Positions 28,501 to 37,740 are shown, counted from the stretch's first letter. The stretch: 56,204 bases of DNA from an uncultured Planctomycetales bacterium (GCA_964647015.1 CAZYGM010000001.1:1-56204), one strand, 5' to 3'. Notes: a model not told the origin generated them from the sequence alone. Numbers and translations: made by a program.

Positions 28501-30358
28501 TGCGGGTGCGCGGGACTTGCCGGGGTTGGCGCGGCTGATGCCGGGATTCGACCAGCCGTCGGACGCCTTGCCGTTTGAGCGCCACGTGTCAGCAGCCGTT
28601 GTTGAGAAACCGCGCGAGGTCCTGCGGCAGCCCGAGCCGGTGAGGGAGAAGCAGGAGGAGGACGAGGACGATTGGCGCCAGTGGCGCCGCCAGCCGGCGG
28701 CGGCCCCGGCCGAGCGCGCCGCGGAGGTCACGCCTACACCGAGCGCGCCCGCGCCGACCGAGCAGTCGGCCGAGCGGCCGCCGCTGGTGCAATATCACAC
28801 CCGCGCTTTGCTGCACGAAACGGCCAAGGCGTACGGGGCGGTCTGCGCGACGCTGGGGGCGCATGGACAGCGCGGACAGCGCCTGCGGGGCGCCCTGGAT
28901 ACGGCGGCCAACGCCTATTTTGATCGCTACTTCCTGGATTGGAACGCCGCCTACGACGACTACCTAGTGTTGCTCGACGCGACGACGCTGGGGTTCCTAG
29001 ACAAGTGTCGCGCCGGCACGTTGGATTGGCCGGCGTTTCAGCAGGAGTTGAGCCGAACCGGGCGGGACATGACGGTGGAGTTCGCATCACGGCTGGAAGC
29101 GCTGGTGCGCGAGGTCGTGCTCTATCACGAGGTCTTTGAAGATGAAGGCCTGTACCGACACATCGAAGGGCGGCTCCAGAGCCTGGGCGTGCGGAATGAC
29201 CTGCGCAGCCGGCTGGACGACTTTGGACGGGCGGCGGATCAGCTCATGCGTCGTCGTATTGATCCGGTGAGCGCGCTGAGCGATTCCGTGGCGGAGGCGT
29301 GGCAGGGGTATTTGCGGCACATTGAGCGGACCGGGGCGGATCCCAAGGGGGCCGCCGCGCCGCCCAGCCGGGCAGCGCTTGAGACGGCCCTGACCGAGAT
29401 GATTGCGTGGCGCCGCATGCAGCCGGCGGACGTGCGGCTGTTCGCGCCGCTGCTGGATCTTGCCGCACATGGCGAGGTGCTGTTGCGCCACCACCTCGAA
29501 CGGGAGTTGGTCAGGCTGGCGGCCGACCGTCGCGGCCGGTACCCGCTTCTCGCGGACGCGCACGACCAGGATCCCGCCGGTCAGCGCCTGGCCCGGCTGG
29601 CCGAGAGCGCCCTGCCGGTCGGCGACCTGCTCGCCTTCCTGCGCTCCGCGGCGCGGTATCGGACCGATTACGGCACGCTGCTGACAGCCCTGCGGCGCGG
29701 CGATGCCGACCCATACGTCACAATGCTGGATCATTGCGCGGCGTGGGTCCAGTTCCTGTACGGTGATCAGCTCGGACGGTTGCGCGAGGAGGAACCGGCG
29801 CCGTTGCGTGTGAAGTGGGCGATCGCGCGGCGCGAAGGTACGACCAGCGCCGGCAATTTCTATAACCGGCTGACGATCACGCTCCCGCTGCTATCAAAGA
29901 CCGGTTACGACCCGGTTGGTCCGGTGGACGAGGAAGCGCGCAGTGGCCGGCTGGGGTCGCTACCGCCAAGCGCCACGGAGGCCCTGGCTGACCGGGACTA
30001 CGACTACCGCTGGAGCCTGGTGAAGCGCTCGGGCCAGGATTACCTGCCGCCGGCCGTGCGCGTCTGGGACAAGAACCCGCAGCTTGCGGGACCGGAGCAG
30101 GTACGGGCGGCGTGGCAGTTGCCAGGCAACCCCTGGTCGCTACTGCTTTTGGTCGGTGCTGATCCGGCCAACCGGCTCAGCGGCGGCGAATGGGTTATCC
30201 CCGTCATGATGAAGTTTGGCGACGAGACGATCGGCTTTGATATTGCGGTTCGTTTCGAGCGGCCGTTCCCGGGACCGATTGAGCCGGCACCCGATCCCGG
30301 CCCGCCGCCCGCGATGGAGGCGGCCCAGAAGTACATGTCCCCGGTGGCAGGCGGATAA
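25505..30358 (+). CDS. tssM: Type VI secretion membrane protein TssM (IcmF family), unusually long (1617 aa)
   Basis: TM hairpin at the N-terminus, Walker A LMGEPGCGKTA (25895-25918), a third TM near aa 440-465, then about 1150 aa predicted periplasmic. GGAGG 8 nt upstream of the ATG. Confidence 0.85.
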   Translation: MAERSLNAVLMKFFNLPPALRMILAVAGFGSLASIMFFLTRGFFQTRSGKIWILVILLGGAAVFGLVYLIVRLFRGRRSSQLSGALESQGPTRGDIAEQERLYREKFAGKLNDLRANGLSVYRLPWFVLMGEPGCGKTASLIHSGLDFPLGKDEVPGFGGTRNYNWWFTNDAVVLDTAGRIAFQEEGTTDRVEWEYFLTLMKRHRPRCPLNGVILALPADKLLRDSVEERAQKATVLRERLRQIHQALGVRFPTFVLVTKMDLVGGFSEFFEDVRVDLQQRNQMFGWSRPGEFEQAFDTAEFLPAFDDVHHRLRDWSMRYLQRKAADPELGLVVTFPEAFHELRGPLNDYISTVFQKSPLLEPPFFRGFYFTSAMQEGAPIFDVFTRAHPGLTLPERAVRAVDSKAFFIHDFYERKVFAEKGLVFRSAQHVTLNRRMRRLVWVGSAAMLVLMLALFGFGYFGVSDLVTQPQADCEQAVKSIGQARTGAPTYTRLAENLDLAERLQQHYEAYDRPWTGLRARSLYIGANIAQPRDAVRNIHARFVLETILRPVIQEAELQLGSVDELGRSPEQYLAALETYAGWYGELVGQPRGWLDQEQVGQRVTEVKALLTFLSTGDDTQQRALRQINAALESPAGGRRQFARHVLDNTLGLEANAMTAVLTAAIQHLTDRWMPLTRLVPVPQDDFLRYWSDLAAHLGAVRTHYTEILALAGAFRQADEFDSAAERFMTLTEGAEYLGRATTPPKPGTVARAMFDLRAFLSEREVPQTEARRIRRFADQLAWMAGRWEAEFGRVRTALTAGSPSEQERPQRIVFEAVDEARRQLHARYQTSLQELRAQLQVPAELEPADFYEQTTRLLTLVEQRAALPTLDEQRAAIRLAEHPFGRYGELVTYLTELRGIVDAAGTGDFLDDLRRWPELLSTGGTALPTSQALRTWFEGAGAGRSPGEEAIRQWSGLAEHPFWRAADLYGLAESIWRGHQQRTVGTLLERMEARCAEVAGARDLPGLARLMPGFDQPSDALPFERHVSAAVVEKPREVLRQPEPVREKQEEDEDDWRQWRRQPAAAPAERAAEVTPTPSAPAPTEQSAERPPLVQYHTRALLHETAKAYGAVCATLGAHGQRGQRLRGALDTAANAYFDRYFLDWNAAYDDYLVLLDATTLGFLDKCRAGTLDWPAFQQELSRTGRDMTVEFASRLEALVREVVLYHEVFEDEGLYRHIEGRLQSLGVRNDLRSRLDDFGRAADQLMRRRIDPVSALSDSVAEAWQGYLRHIERTGADPKGAAAPPSRAALETALTEMIAWRRMQPADVRLFAPLLDLAAHGEVLLRHHLERELVRLAADRRGRYPLLADAHDQDPAGQRLARLAESALPVGDLLAFLRSAARYRTDYGTLLTALRRGDADPYVTMLDHCAAWVQFLYGDQLGRLREEEPAPLRVKWAIARREGTTSAGNFYNRLTITLPLLSKTGYDPVGPVDEEARSGRLGSLPPSATEALADRDYDYRWSLVKRSGQDYLPPAVRVWDKNPQLAGPEQVRAAWQLPGNPWSLLLLVGADPANRLSGGEWVIPVMMKFGDETIGFDIAVRFERPFPGPIEPAPDPGPPPAMEAAQKYMSPVAGG

Positions 30359-30418
30359 GCGTCTGTGGCGTGTCGGTGGCGTGAGCACGCGGCTGCCGGC
30401 CAGGGTTGAGGCGCGACG

Positions 30419-31408
30419 ATGAGTCGAATGGCGCGGTTTCTGGGACGGCTATTCTCGGGGCAGTCCGAGACCGGCGAGTTGCTGCTGCGTGCCTACGGCA
30501 AGCTGCCGATGTACGCGGAATACCGCCGACTGGAGGTTTCGCCGGGAACCGCCACGACTTTCTCGCAATGGCTTGATGATGGGCGCCTGGCGTGGATTAA
30601 GGCGACCGTGGACGGCGTGCGTGGGGCGCCGCGCGGGGCCCGCGTGGTCCTGCAATGGCCCGACAGCCGCGAATGCGTGGTAGCGAACATCTGGGATAGC
30701 CGCGACAGCCTGGGGCGCTCGTTCCCGTTTGCGTTCTTCGTAGTCTGCCCGGGCGAGTGGCTCGGCAAGGACTGGGCCCAACGCTGGGTCACGTGCGCGA
30801 CGATTCACAAGCAGTTGGACGAGGCGCACACACGCCTGGGGGCGCTTGGCATGGGCGGCGACTTCTACCGGGTGTATCGACAGCAGGCCATCCTGGCGAA
30901 TGTTTCCGACCTCGAGCAGCGCGTGGAGGCGCTGCGCCGCGCGGCCGACGGATTCGACCTGGCGGAGTGGTTCGCCGCGGCGGAGTTGGCGGGGCAATCA
31001 GCCGGAACGTGGTTTGCTGGCGTGGCCCGGCGGGCCGGTCAATGGCGTTCCGGGGCGGCGGCGCTGGCTGAGTTGGGAGTGAGCGTCCCGCTGGCCGCTG
31101 GCTTCTCCCCTGAGGCTCAGGGCGTGCTGTGGTTGGACTGGCTCGCGGCGCTGGCCGGGCCGGCTGCCCGGCCGCCGTCGTTAATCGGGCCGGGCGCTGA
31201 CGCCGCCGGGGCGGCACGCCTGCATGTCATCTTTCGCCCCCCGCTGCCGGGCGATTTCCAACTGCTCACCGAGGACGCCGCCGGCTACGGCTACGTTGAT
31301 CATCTGACAAACGGGCCGAATGCCGGGACGGACGCGGCCGCCGGGATCGGCGTCGCCGCGCCGGCCGGCAGCCTGCAGGACGCTTTGACGCGGCTGACGG
31401 CGCGCTGA
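30419..31408 (+). CDS. tagF: T6SS-associated protein TagF (DUF2094/ImpM family) with Ala-rich C-terminal extension
   Basis: The N-terminal LLLRAYGKLPMYAEYRRLEV resembles the TagF GKLP..GDF opening. It sits directly after tssM, as in canonical loci. Confidence 0.65.
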   Translation: MSRMARFLGRLFSGQSETGELLLRAYGKLPMYAEYRRLEVSPGTATTFSQWLDDGRLAWIKATVDGVRGAPRGARVVLQWPDSRECVVANIWDSRDSLGRSFPFAFFVVCPGEWLGKDWAQRWVTCATIHKQLDEAHTRLGALGMGGDFYRVYRQQAILANVSDLEQRVEALRRAADGFDLAEWFAAAELAGQSAGTWFAGVARRAGQWRSGAAALAELGVSVPLAAGFSPEAQGVLWLDWLAALAGPAARPPSLIGPGADAAGAARLHVIFRPPLPGDFQLLTEDAAGYGYVDHLTNGPNAGTDAAAGIGVAAPAGSLQDALTRLTAR

Positions 31409-31547
31409 GCCTGCGGGGTGGCGCGCGCCGTGTGCAATTGGCGCAGATAGGGGGCCGATAAGCTCGGCAGGTTGTCAGGTTCAGCGTCTTTGCGTCGCGG
31501 CGGACGGCGACCTATCATGCCCCCTTTACTCACGCAGGAGACCGAGA

Positions 31548-33149
31548 ATGGCAGGCGATGCCGCCCTGATGGACAAACTGACCGCTCTGTGCAAACGCCG
31601 GGGGTTCATCTACCAATCCAGCGAGATTTATGGCGGCATCGGCGGATTTTGGGATTACGGTCCGCTGGGCGTCGAGCTGAAGCGGAACATCAAGGACGCC
31701 TGGTGGCGGGACATGGTCACCAACCCGCCAAACGGGGCAAACGGGCATGAGATCAGCATGGTCGGGCTGGATTGTGCGATCATCATGAACCCGAAGGTGT
31801 GGGAGGCCAGCGGGCACGCGTCCGGGTTCGCTGATCCACTGGTAGACTGCAAGGCATGCAAGAGCCGGTTCCGAGCCGACCAACTGCAGGCTATCGTGTT
31901 GACCTTCCCGCGCGCGGACTTGCACGTACTGGTCTGCGGCTCCGGCAGCGCGCGAGAGATAATGGCTGCGAACGCCAAGAAGGTCGAGAAGATCAAAAAG
32001 ACGCATGGTAACCCGGTCTCGACCAGTGGCGTCGTGTGCTATCAGGACCTGAAGCCCGAGGGCCGCAAAGAGTACGTCTGCCCGGAGTGCGGTGAACGTG
32101 GGCAGATGACTGAGCCGCGCCAGTTCAACCTGATGTTCGAGACGTTCGTCGGGGCGCTGCAGGACGCGTCGGCGAAGGCCTACCTGCGGCCGGAGACGGC
32201 CCAGGGCATCTTCGTGAACTACCAGAACGTGCTGGACACGTCGCGGGTGAAGGTGCCGTTCGGCATCGCGCAGGTCGGCAAGTCGTTCCGCAACGAGATC
32301 AACCCACGCAACTACACCTTCCGCTCGCGCGAGTTCGAGCAGATGGAGATCGAGTTCTTCTGCCACGATCAGGACGCGATGGCCTGGTACGAGTTCTGGC
32401 GGACCGTGCGCTATGACTGGTACGTCAAGCTGGGGCTGCATAGCGCGAAGCTGCGCCTGCGCGACCAGACTGATGAGGAGCTGGCGCACTACTCCAAGGC
32501 CTGTGCGGACATCGAATACCTGTTCCCGTTCTCGGACGAGTTCCAGGAGCTGGAGGGCGTGGCGCATCGCGGCTGCTTCGACCTCTCGCAGCACCAGAAG
32601 TTCAGCGGCAAGGACCTGAGCTACTTCGACGATGAGGCCTGGGAGCGCGACAAGGCGAACTTTCCCGCCGACCAGCACAAGGAAATCAAGAACAAGCCCC
32701 CCTACCGCTTCCTGCCGACCGTGATTGAGCCGTCCGCCGGGGCCGACCGGGCCACGTTGGCATTCCTGTGCGAGGCGTACACGGAAGACCAGGCGCCCGA
32801 TGAGAAGGGCCAGATGCAGCAGCGCGTGGTCATGAAGTTTCACCCGCGCCTGGCGCCGATCAAGGTGGCCGTGTTCCCGCTCGTGAACAAGGAGGGCATG
32901 CCGGAAATCGCGGAGCAGATCTACCGCGGCGCCAAGACGCGCATGACCGCTTTCTTCGACGTCAAGGGCGCCATCGGGCGGCGTTACCGGCGGCAGGACG
33001 AGATCGGCACGCCCTTCTGCGTCACCGTGGATGGGCAGACGCTGCAGGACGGGACCGTCACAATACGCGACCGCGACACGCTCGAGCAGTCGCGCGTGTC
33101 CAAAGAGCACGTGGTGACTTGGCTGCAGGATAAGCTGGCGGAGCGGTAA
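31548..33149 (+). CDS. glyQS: Glycine--tRNA ligase (dimeric class II type)
   Basis: LCKRRGFIYQSSEIYGGIGGFWDYGPLG, FRNEINPRNYTFRSREFEQMEIEFF and the C-terminal anticodon-binding domain. Confidence 0.95.
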   Translation: MAGDAALMDKLTALCKRRGFIYQSSEIYGGIGGFWDYGPLGVELKRNIKDAWWRDMVTNPPNGANGHEISMVGLDCAIIMNPKVWEASGHASGFADPLVDCKACKSRFRADQLQAIVLTFPRADLHVLVCGSGSAREIMAANAKKVEKIKKTHGNPVSTSGVVCYQDLKPEGRKEYVCPECGERGQMTEPRQFNLMFETFVGALQDASAKAYLRPETAQGIFVNYQNVLDTSRVKVPFGIAQVGKSFRNEINPRNYTFRSREFEQMEIEFFCHDQDAMAWYEFWRTVRYDWYVKLGLHSAKLRLRDQTDEELAHYSKACADIEYLFPFSDEFQELEGVAHRGCFDLSQHQKFSGKDLSYFDDEAWERDKANFPADQHKEIKNKPPYRFLPTVIEPSAGADRATLAFLCEAYTEDQAPDEKGQMQQRVVMKFHPRLAPIKVAVFPLVNKEGMPEIAEQIYRGAKTRMTAFFDVKGAIGRRYRRQDEIGTPFCVTVDGQTLQDGTVTIRDRDTLEQSRVSKEHVVTWLQDKLAER

Positions 33150-33158
33150 GTCGGCAAC

Positions 33159-34244
33159 TCACGGGGCGATGTAGCGATCGAAACCGGGCGTCTTGTTGAT
33201 GACGGGCGCGCTGCGGTCGCCGGTAATCCACATTGCTTCCACTTCCGGTGCGTCGGGCTCAGCCAGGAGCGCTTGGCCCTCGGCCACGGTCAGCACGCTG
33301 AAGACGGTTGCCCAGGCGTCGGCGGTGGCGCCGTCCTCGGCGACTACCGTCACACTGGGTGACTCCCGGGCCGGCCAGCCGCTGCGCGGATCAACAATGT
33401 GTGAGTAACGCTGTCCGTCAATCTCGTGGAAACGCTGCTGGACGCCCGAGGTCGCCACGGCCGCGTCCATGAGCAGTAACTCCATGATCAGCCCGTCGCG
33501 GAATGGGTGGTGCACGCCGATGCGCCACTGCGTCCCGTCGGCCCGCGGCCCGAAGGTGACGATGTCACCGCCGACGTCCACGAGGCCGCTACTCGCGCCG
33601 GCGGAACCCATGGCCGCCGCGGCGAGGTCCAGTGCGAAGCCCTTGGCGATCCCGCCGAGATCGACCTGCACGCCGGCGGCGGCGATAGTGACCGTGCGCG
33701 TTTCCGGATCAAGCCGGACCTGCTGCCAGCCGACGCGCCGGCGCACCTCGGCCAACTCCGCGTCCGTCGGCAGGCGCTGCTGCCGGCCGGCTTGCTTCCA
33801 GAGGCTAACCAATGGCCGGCAGGTGATGTCGAAGGCGCCGCGGCTGCGCTCGGCCACGGTCAAGGCTTGCGCCAGGCACGTGCAAGTCTCGGGTGATACG
33901 ACCAAGCTGCCACCGGCGGGGAGCTGGTTGAGCCGGCCGATTTCGCTGTCGGCCACGTAGTCGCTCATCAGGCGGTTGACGTCCGCGAGGCGCGCATACG
34001 CGGCCTCGACGGCGGCCCGCGCCGTAGCCTCATCTGCTGCCAGGGCCGTAACGGCGGCAAGCGTGCCCATCACTTCGCGCGAATATTTCACGCGGTGCAG
34101 TTCGCCGGCCGGCGCCGGTTGCGAGGTGTTCGCCGAACGCTCGCAGCCGGACAGGGTTGCGGCGAGCATCAAGAGTGCCGCAAGTCCGAGCGATAATCCC
34201 CGCCGCGCGGCGGCGCGTGTGCCAAAGCCGCGCGGGCCGCCCAT
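33159..34244 (-). CDS. apbE: FAD:protein FMN transferase ApbE (lipoprotein)
   Basis: GGIAKGFALD motif. Starting at ATG 34244 gives the lipoprotein signal ...LMLAATLSGC and removes the overlap with the upstream SDR gene. Confidence 0.8.
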   Translation of the reverse strand: MGGPRGFGTRAAARRGLSLGLAALLMLAATLSGCERSANTSQPAPAGELHRVKYSREVMGTLAAVTALAADEATARAAVEAAYARLADVNRLMSDYVADSEIGRLNQLPAGGSLVVSPETCTCLAQALTVAERSRGAFDITCRPLVSLWKQAGRQQRLPTDAELAEVRRRVGWQQVRLDPETRTVTIAAAGVQVDLGGIAKGFALDLAAAAMGSAGASSGLVDVGGDIVTFGPRADGTQWRIGVHHPFRDGLIMELLLMDAAVATSGVQQRFHEIDGQRYSHIVDPRSGWPARESPSVTVVAEDGATADAWATVFSVLTVAEGQALLAEPDAPEVEAMWITGDRSAPVINKTPGFDRYIAP

Positions 34245-34254
34245 AAGCGGCGTG

Positions 34255-35262
34255 CTAGTCGCGATTTCCCGCCATCTGTTGCTCATACCACTTGACCGTG
34301 CGCGGCACACCCTCTTCATACGTCACGCTCGGCTGCCAGCCGAGCACCTGCCGCGCCTTCTGCGTCGCGAAGAACGAGCGGCGGCCCATCAGCCAGACGG
34401 CGTAGCGCGTGACGAAGGGCGGCTTTTGCCAACGGAACATGTGTCCGAGACACTCCAGCAGGAAGCCCGCGTTGTAAGCGACGCGGTAGGGCACGTGGCG
34501 CTTCACGGGCGGCGCGTTGCACGTCCGGGCCAGCAGGTCGAAATACGCCTGCTGCGTAATCTCGCCGTCATTGCTGATGTTGAAGGCTTCGCCGCGCGCG
34601 GCCGGGGCGGTCGCCGCCAGCAGGGCCGCCTCGGCCACATTGCCGGCATAAACGACGTTCAGCCGGTTGTCGCCCCGGCCGAGTATCTTGGCCTGGCCGG
34701 CTTTGAGCATGCGATACAGGCGGGCAATGGTGGTGCGGTCGCGCTCACCGTAGATCCAAGCCGGGCGGATGATTGCGACCTCGATGCGGCCGGCGCGGTG
34801 CGCCTCCCAGGCCAGCTCCTCGGCGGCCACCTTGGACTTGCTGTAGTAGGCCCAGCGGTACAGCCCGTAGGCCGTCGGCCAGGTCTCGTCGATTGTCGCG
34901 TCGTCGGTGTAGTAGCCGTAGACACTGATCGAGCTGATGTGCACCAGGCGCCGCACGCCCGCCGCGGTGGCGGCGGCGATGACGTTGCGCGTTCCCTCGA
35001 TCGTCACGCGCTGGAACTCGTCCCAGGGGCCCCAGTCCCCCACCTTGGCGGCGGAGTGAAAGACCGCATCCGCGCCCCTGCAGGCCCGCTGCAATGACGC
35101 CGGGTCGGTGATATCGCCCGCGGCGAACTCCACGCCCTGCGTCTCAAGCCACGTGCGATCAGCACCCGGCCGCACCAGCACCCGCACCGGCAGGTTGCGA
35201 CGCCGCAGTTGCTCGACAACGTGACTGCCGAGCAGCCCCGTGGCTCCGGTCACCAGGTTCAT
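34255..35262 (-). CDS. NAD-dependent epimerase/dehydratase family SDR
   Basis: Rossmann motif MNLVTGATGLLGSHVV and catalytic YxxxK (YYSKSK). Confidence 0.85.
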   Translation of the reverse strand: MNLVTGATGLLGSHVVEQLRRRNLPVRVLVRPGADRTWLETQGVEFAAGDITDPASLQRACRGADAVFHSAAKVGDWGPWDEFQRVTIEGTRNVIAAATAAGVRRLVHISSISVYGYYTDDATIDETWPTAYGLYRWAYYSKSKVAAEELAWEAHRAGRIEVAIIRPAWIYGERDRTTIARLYRMLKAGQAKILGRGDNRLNVVYAGNVAEAALLAATAPAARGEAFNISNDGEITQQAYFDLLARTCNAPPVKRHVPYRVAYNAGFLLECLGHMFRWQKPPFVTRYAVWLMGRRSFFATQKARQVLGWQPSVTYEEGVPRTVKWYEQQMAGNRD

Positions 35263-35326
35263 GGGTGTAGTCCTGTCTGGTCGGGCCGACGTTTCGGCCG
35301 GCTCTCACAACACATCGGCCGGCGTC

Positions 35327-37306
35327 CTAGCGCGGCCGGCGCAACATGGCCAGCGCGTGGTCGGCGATCTGCGCGGGGCTTACGCCGCAGTACTCAAGCT
35401 CTTCGGCCTCGGTGCGCGTGGACTTGGGCACGCGCTCACAGCACAGCGTGTGAACCTCGAGATCTCCACTGCGGGCGGCGATTTCAGCCACGGCGGCGCC
35501 CAGCCCACCGGCGTAGTTGTCCTCCACGACGAGCGCCCGGCGGCCGGCCCGACGCAGGGCATCGGCCAGCGGCTCGGCGTTAATCGGGAAGCTGTAGGCG
35601 TCGATGAGCGTGGCGTGGATGTTCTGCCGCCCCAGCAACTCGCGCACCGTGTGGCCCAGATGGACCAGGTAGCCGGCCGTGACGATCGCAATATCGGCGC
35701 CGGTCGCGAGTACGTGCATCCCACCCGGCTCGAAGGTCGTGTCCGGCTTGTACAGCAGCGGCACCGCCGGACGGTGCGTGCGCATGTAACACATGCCTTG
35801 GTGAGCGAGCATCAGGCGCGTGCAGTGATAGGCGGCGACGGCATCCGCCGGCTGGTAGACCCAGCACAGCGGGTTCTCGCGATCGTCGCCACGCACACCC
35901 GCGAAGGCCCGGAAGAAGGCCATGTCGGCTAGGGCCATCTGGCTGGGGCCGTCGGAGCAGGGTGTGACGCCAGCGTGCGAGCCGACGATCTTGATATTCG
36001 CACGCGAGATGTTCGCCAGCTCGACTTGGTCGTACGCCCTGGCGATGAACTTGGCGAACGAATTGACAAAGGGGATGAAGCCGGCGGCCGCCAGCCCAGC
36101 CGCGACCGACACCATGTTCTGCTCGGCAATCTTGCACTCGAAGAAGCGCTCCGAATGGGCGGCCCCGAAGATCTCGGCGAACGTCGAGTTGCTGACGTCG
36201 CCATCGAGCGCCACCACGTGCGGCAGCAGGTCGCCGGCCACCTTGAGCGTCGCCCCGTACGCCTGCCGGGTCGCCAGCTTGCCCTTGTCCAGCGCTGCTT
36301 TCAGGCCGCCAGCAGTCATAGTATCCTCGAACGGCGGCCAGTCCGCCGAACGCGGGTCGGGCCGGGCGACGGGTTTGGCCGGCAGTGCCGGCGGCTGCGG
36401 CGGACTTCCAAGCTCGGCCGTATCGCTGGCGCCGGCCGCCCGATCAAGGCTCGCAAAGGCAGCATCCAAGTCCTTTGGATTCAACGGCTTACCGTGCCAG
36501 TTGCCATTGAGCAGCGCGTCCACCCCCCAGCCCTTCACGGTTCGCGCGACGATGGCCAACGGCTGCTTGGCCTGGCCCATCCGGGCCAGGGCAGCCTCGA
36601 TCTGGCCGGCGTCGTGACCTTCGATCTCGACCACTTCGCAGCCAAAGGCCCGCAGTTTCGCCGCCAACCGCTCGGGGGATTGCTGCAGCGAGACGGCGGC
36701 GGCCTGCCCGTGGCCGTTGGCATTGAAAATCATGCAGACGTCGGTGAGCTGCCGTTCCACGACGAAATCGACGGCTTCCCAGATTTGCCCCTCGCGCGAC
36801 TCGCCGTCGCCCACAATCGCGTAAATCCTGCGTCCGGAGCCGTCCAGGCGGGCCGCCAGCCCCAGGCCGGCCGCCACGCTGAGCCCTTGCCCGAGGCTGC
36901 CGGTCGCGGCGTCGAAGAACGGGAAGCCCTCTGCCGGGTTGGGGTGGCCGTCCAGAACGCTGTCGCGTGCCCGCAAGTCGTCCAGGTCCGCCAGCCGCAG
37001 CTTTCGTGCGCCATCATGATCGCGGCCCACCGCCCCACCAAGATCAGCATAAGCGGCGTACACAATCGGCACCGCATGACCTTCCGATAATACCAGCCGA
37101 TCGCCGGCCGGGTGCCAGGGGGTGGCCGGGTCGTAGCGCATCTGGCGATACATCAGGACGGTCGTCAGGTGTGCCAGTGAGAGGGCACTGGAAGGGTGGC
37201 CGGAGCCGGCGGCAGTCGTCATCTGGACGGCCAGCTTGCCAAGCTCGGCCGCCTTACGCTGGATCGCTTGGGTAGGCGGCATGAACAGTATCTCCGCGGG
37301 CCGCAT
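35327..37306 (-). CDS. tkt: Transketolase (fused N- and C-terminal halves)
   Basis: AAGSGHPSSALS and the ThDP motif GDGESREGQIWEA, plus a C-terminal pyrimidine-binding half. Start is 37306 or 37282. The track start at 37459 adds a non-protein-like leader. Confidence 0.85.
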   Translation of the reverse strand: MRPAEILFMPPTQAIQRKAAELGKLAVQMTTAAGSGHPSSALSLAHLTTVLMYRQMRYDPATPWHPAGDRLVLSEGHAVPIVYAAYADLGGAVGRDHDGARKLRLADLDDLRARDSVLDGHPNPAEGFPFFDAATGSLGQGLSVAAGLGLAARLDGSGRRIYAIVGDGESREGQIWEAVDFVVERQLTDVCMIFNANGHGQAAAVSLQQSPERLAAKLRAFGCEVVEIEGHDAGQIEAALARMGQAKQPLAIVARTVKGWGVDALLNGNWHGKPLNPKDLDAAFASLDRAAGASDTAELGSPPQPPALPAKPVARPDPRSADWPPFEDTMTAGGLKAALDKGKLATRQAYGATLKVAGDLLPHVVALDGDVSNSTFAEIFGAAHSERFFECKIAEQNMVSVAAGLAAAGFIPFVNSFAKFIARAYDQVELANISRANIKIVGSHAGVTPCSDGPSQMALADMAFFRAFAGVRGDDRENPLCWVYQPADAVAAYHCTRLMLAHQGMCYMRTHRPAVPLLYKPDTTFEPGGMHVLATGADIAIVTAGYLVHLGHTVRELLGRQNIHATLIDAYSFPINAEPLADALRRAGRRALVVEDNYAGGLGAAVAEIAARSGDLEVHTLCCERVPKSTRTEAEELEYCGVSPAQIADHALAMLRRPR

Positions 37307-37533
37307 TTCGGCCGTCTCGCTCGAGGAAGGGCGTACTTTATCGACGGCTGTCCGGGCCGGCAAGGATACCGACCGCCACGCGCGCGTTTTCGGCAGCCAG
37401 CGCAGGCATTCTGCAATGCCGCTGGCGGCGCTATTGGCGCAGACGCATGGTTCGCGCATACTAAGTGGTCTACGCTGTTTGACGACGTTTGACCCAGCCG
37501 GCCCAGCAGTGCCGGTGAGCGCGTGATAGAGCC

Positions 37534-37665
37534 ATGCATTACCCTCATCGAATCAGCAAGATCAAGCGTAAACGCAAGAGCGGCTTTCGGGCCCGCATGC
37601 GGACCAGCAACGGCCGCAAGCTCATCAACCGCCGGCGGCGGCTGGGGCGCCGTGTAAGTGCGTGA
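37534..37665 (+). CDS. rpmH: 50S ribosomal protein L34
   Basis: A 43-aa ORF too short for the supplied track: MHYPHRISKIKRKRKSGFRARMRTSNGRKLINRRRRLGRRVSA. It matches the L34 core (K.KR..GFR.RM.T..GR.....RR..GR). Confidence 0.9.
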   Translation: MHYPHRISKIKRKRKSGFRARMRTSNGRKLINRRRRLGRRVSA

Positions 37666-37740
37666 GGCATCCCGCCGGACACCCGGCTTGCTGGCCCGAC
37701 GCTGCCGGCGGCGCCGAGCGCCCGAGATCATGGGTGTGTT

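Noticed and set aside
31530-33110. 526-aa ORF on the minus strand
   Set aside because: Antisense shadow of glyQS, whose identity is unambiguous. The translated sequence has low complexity.
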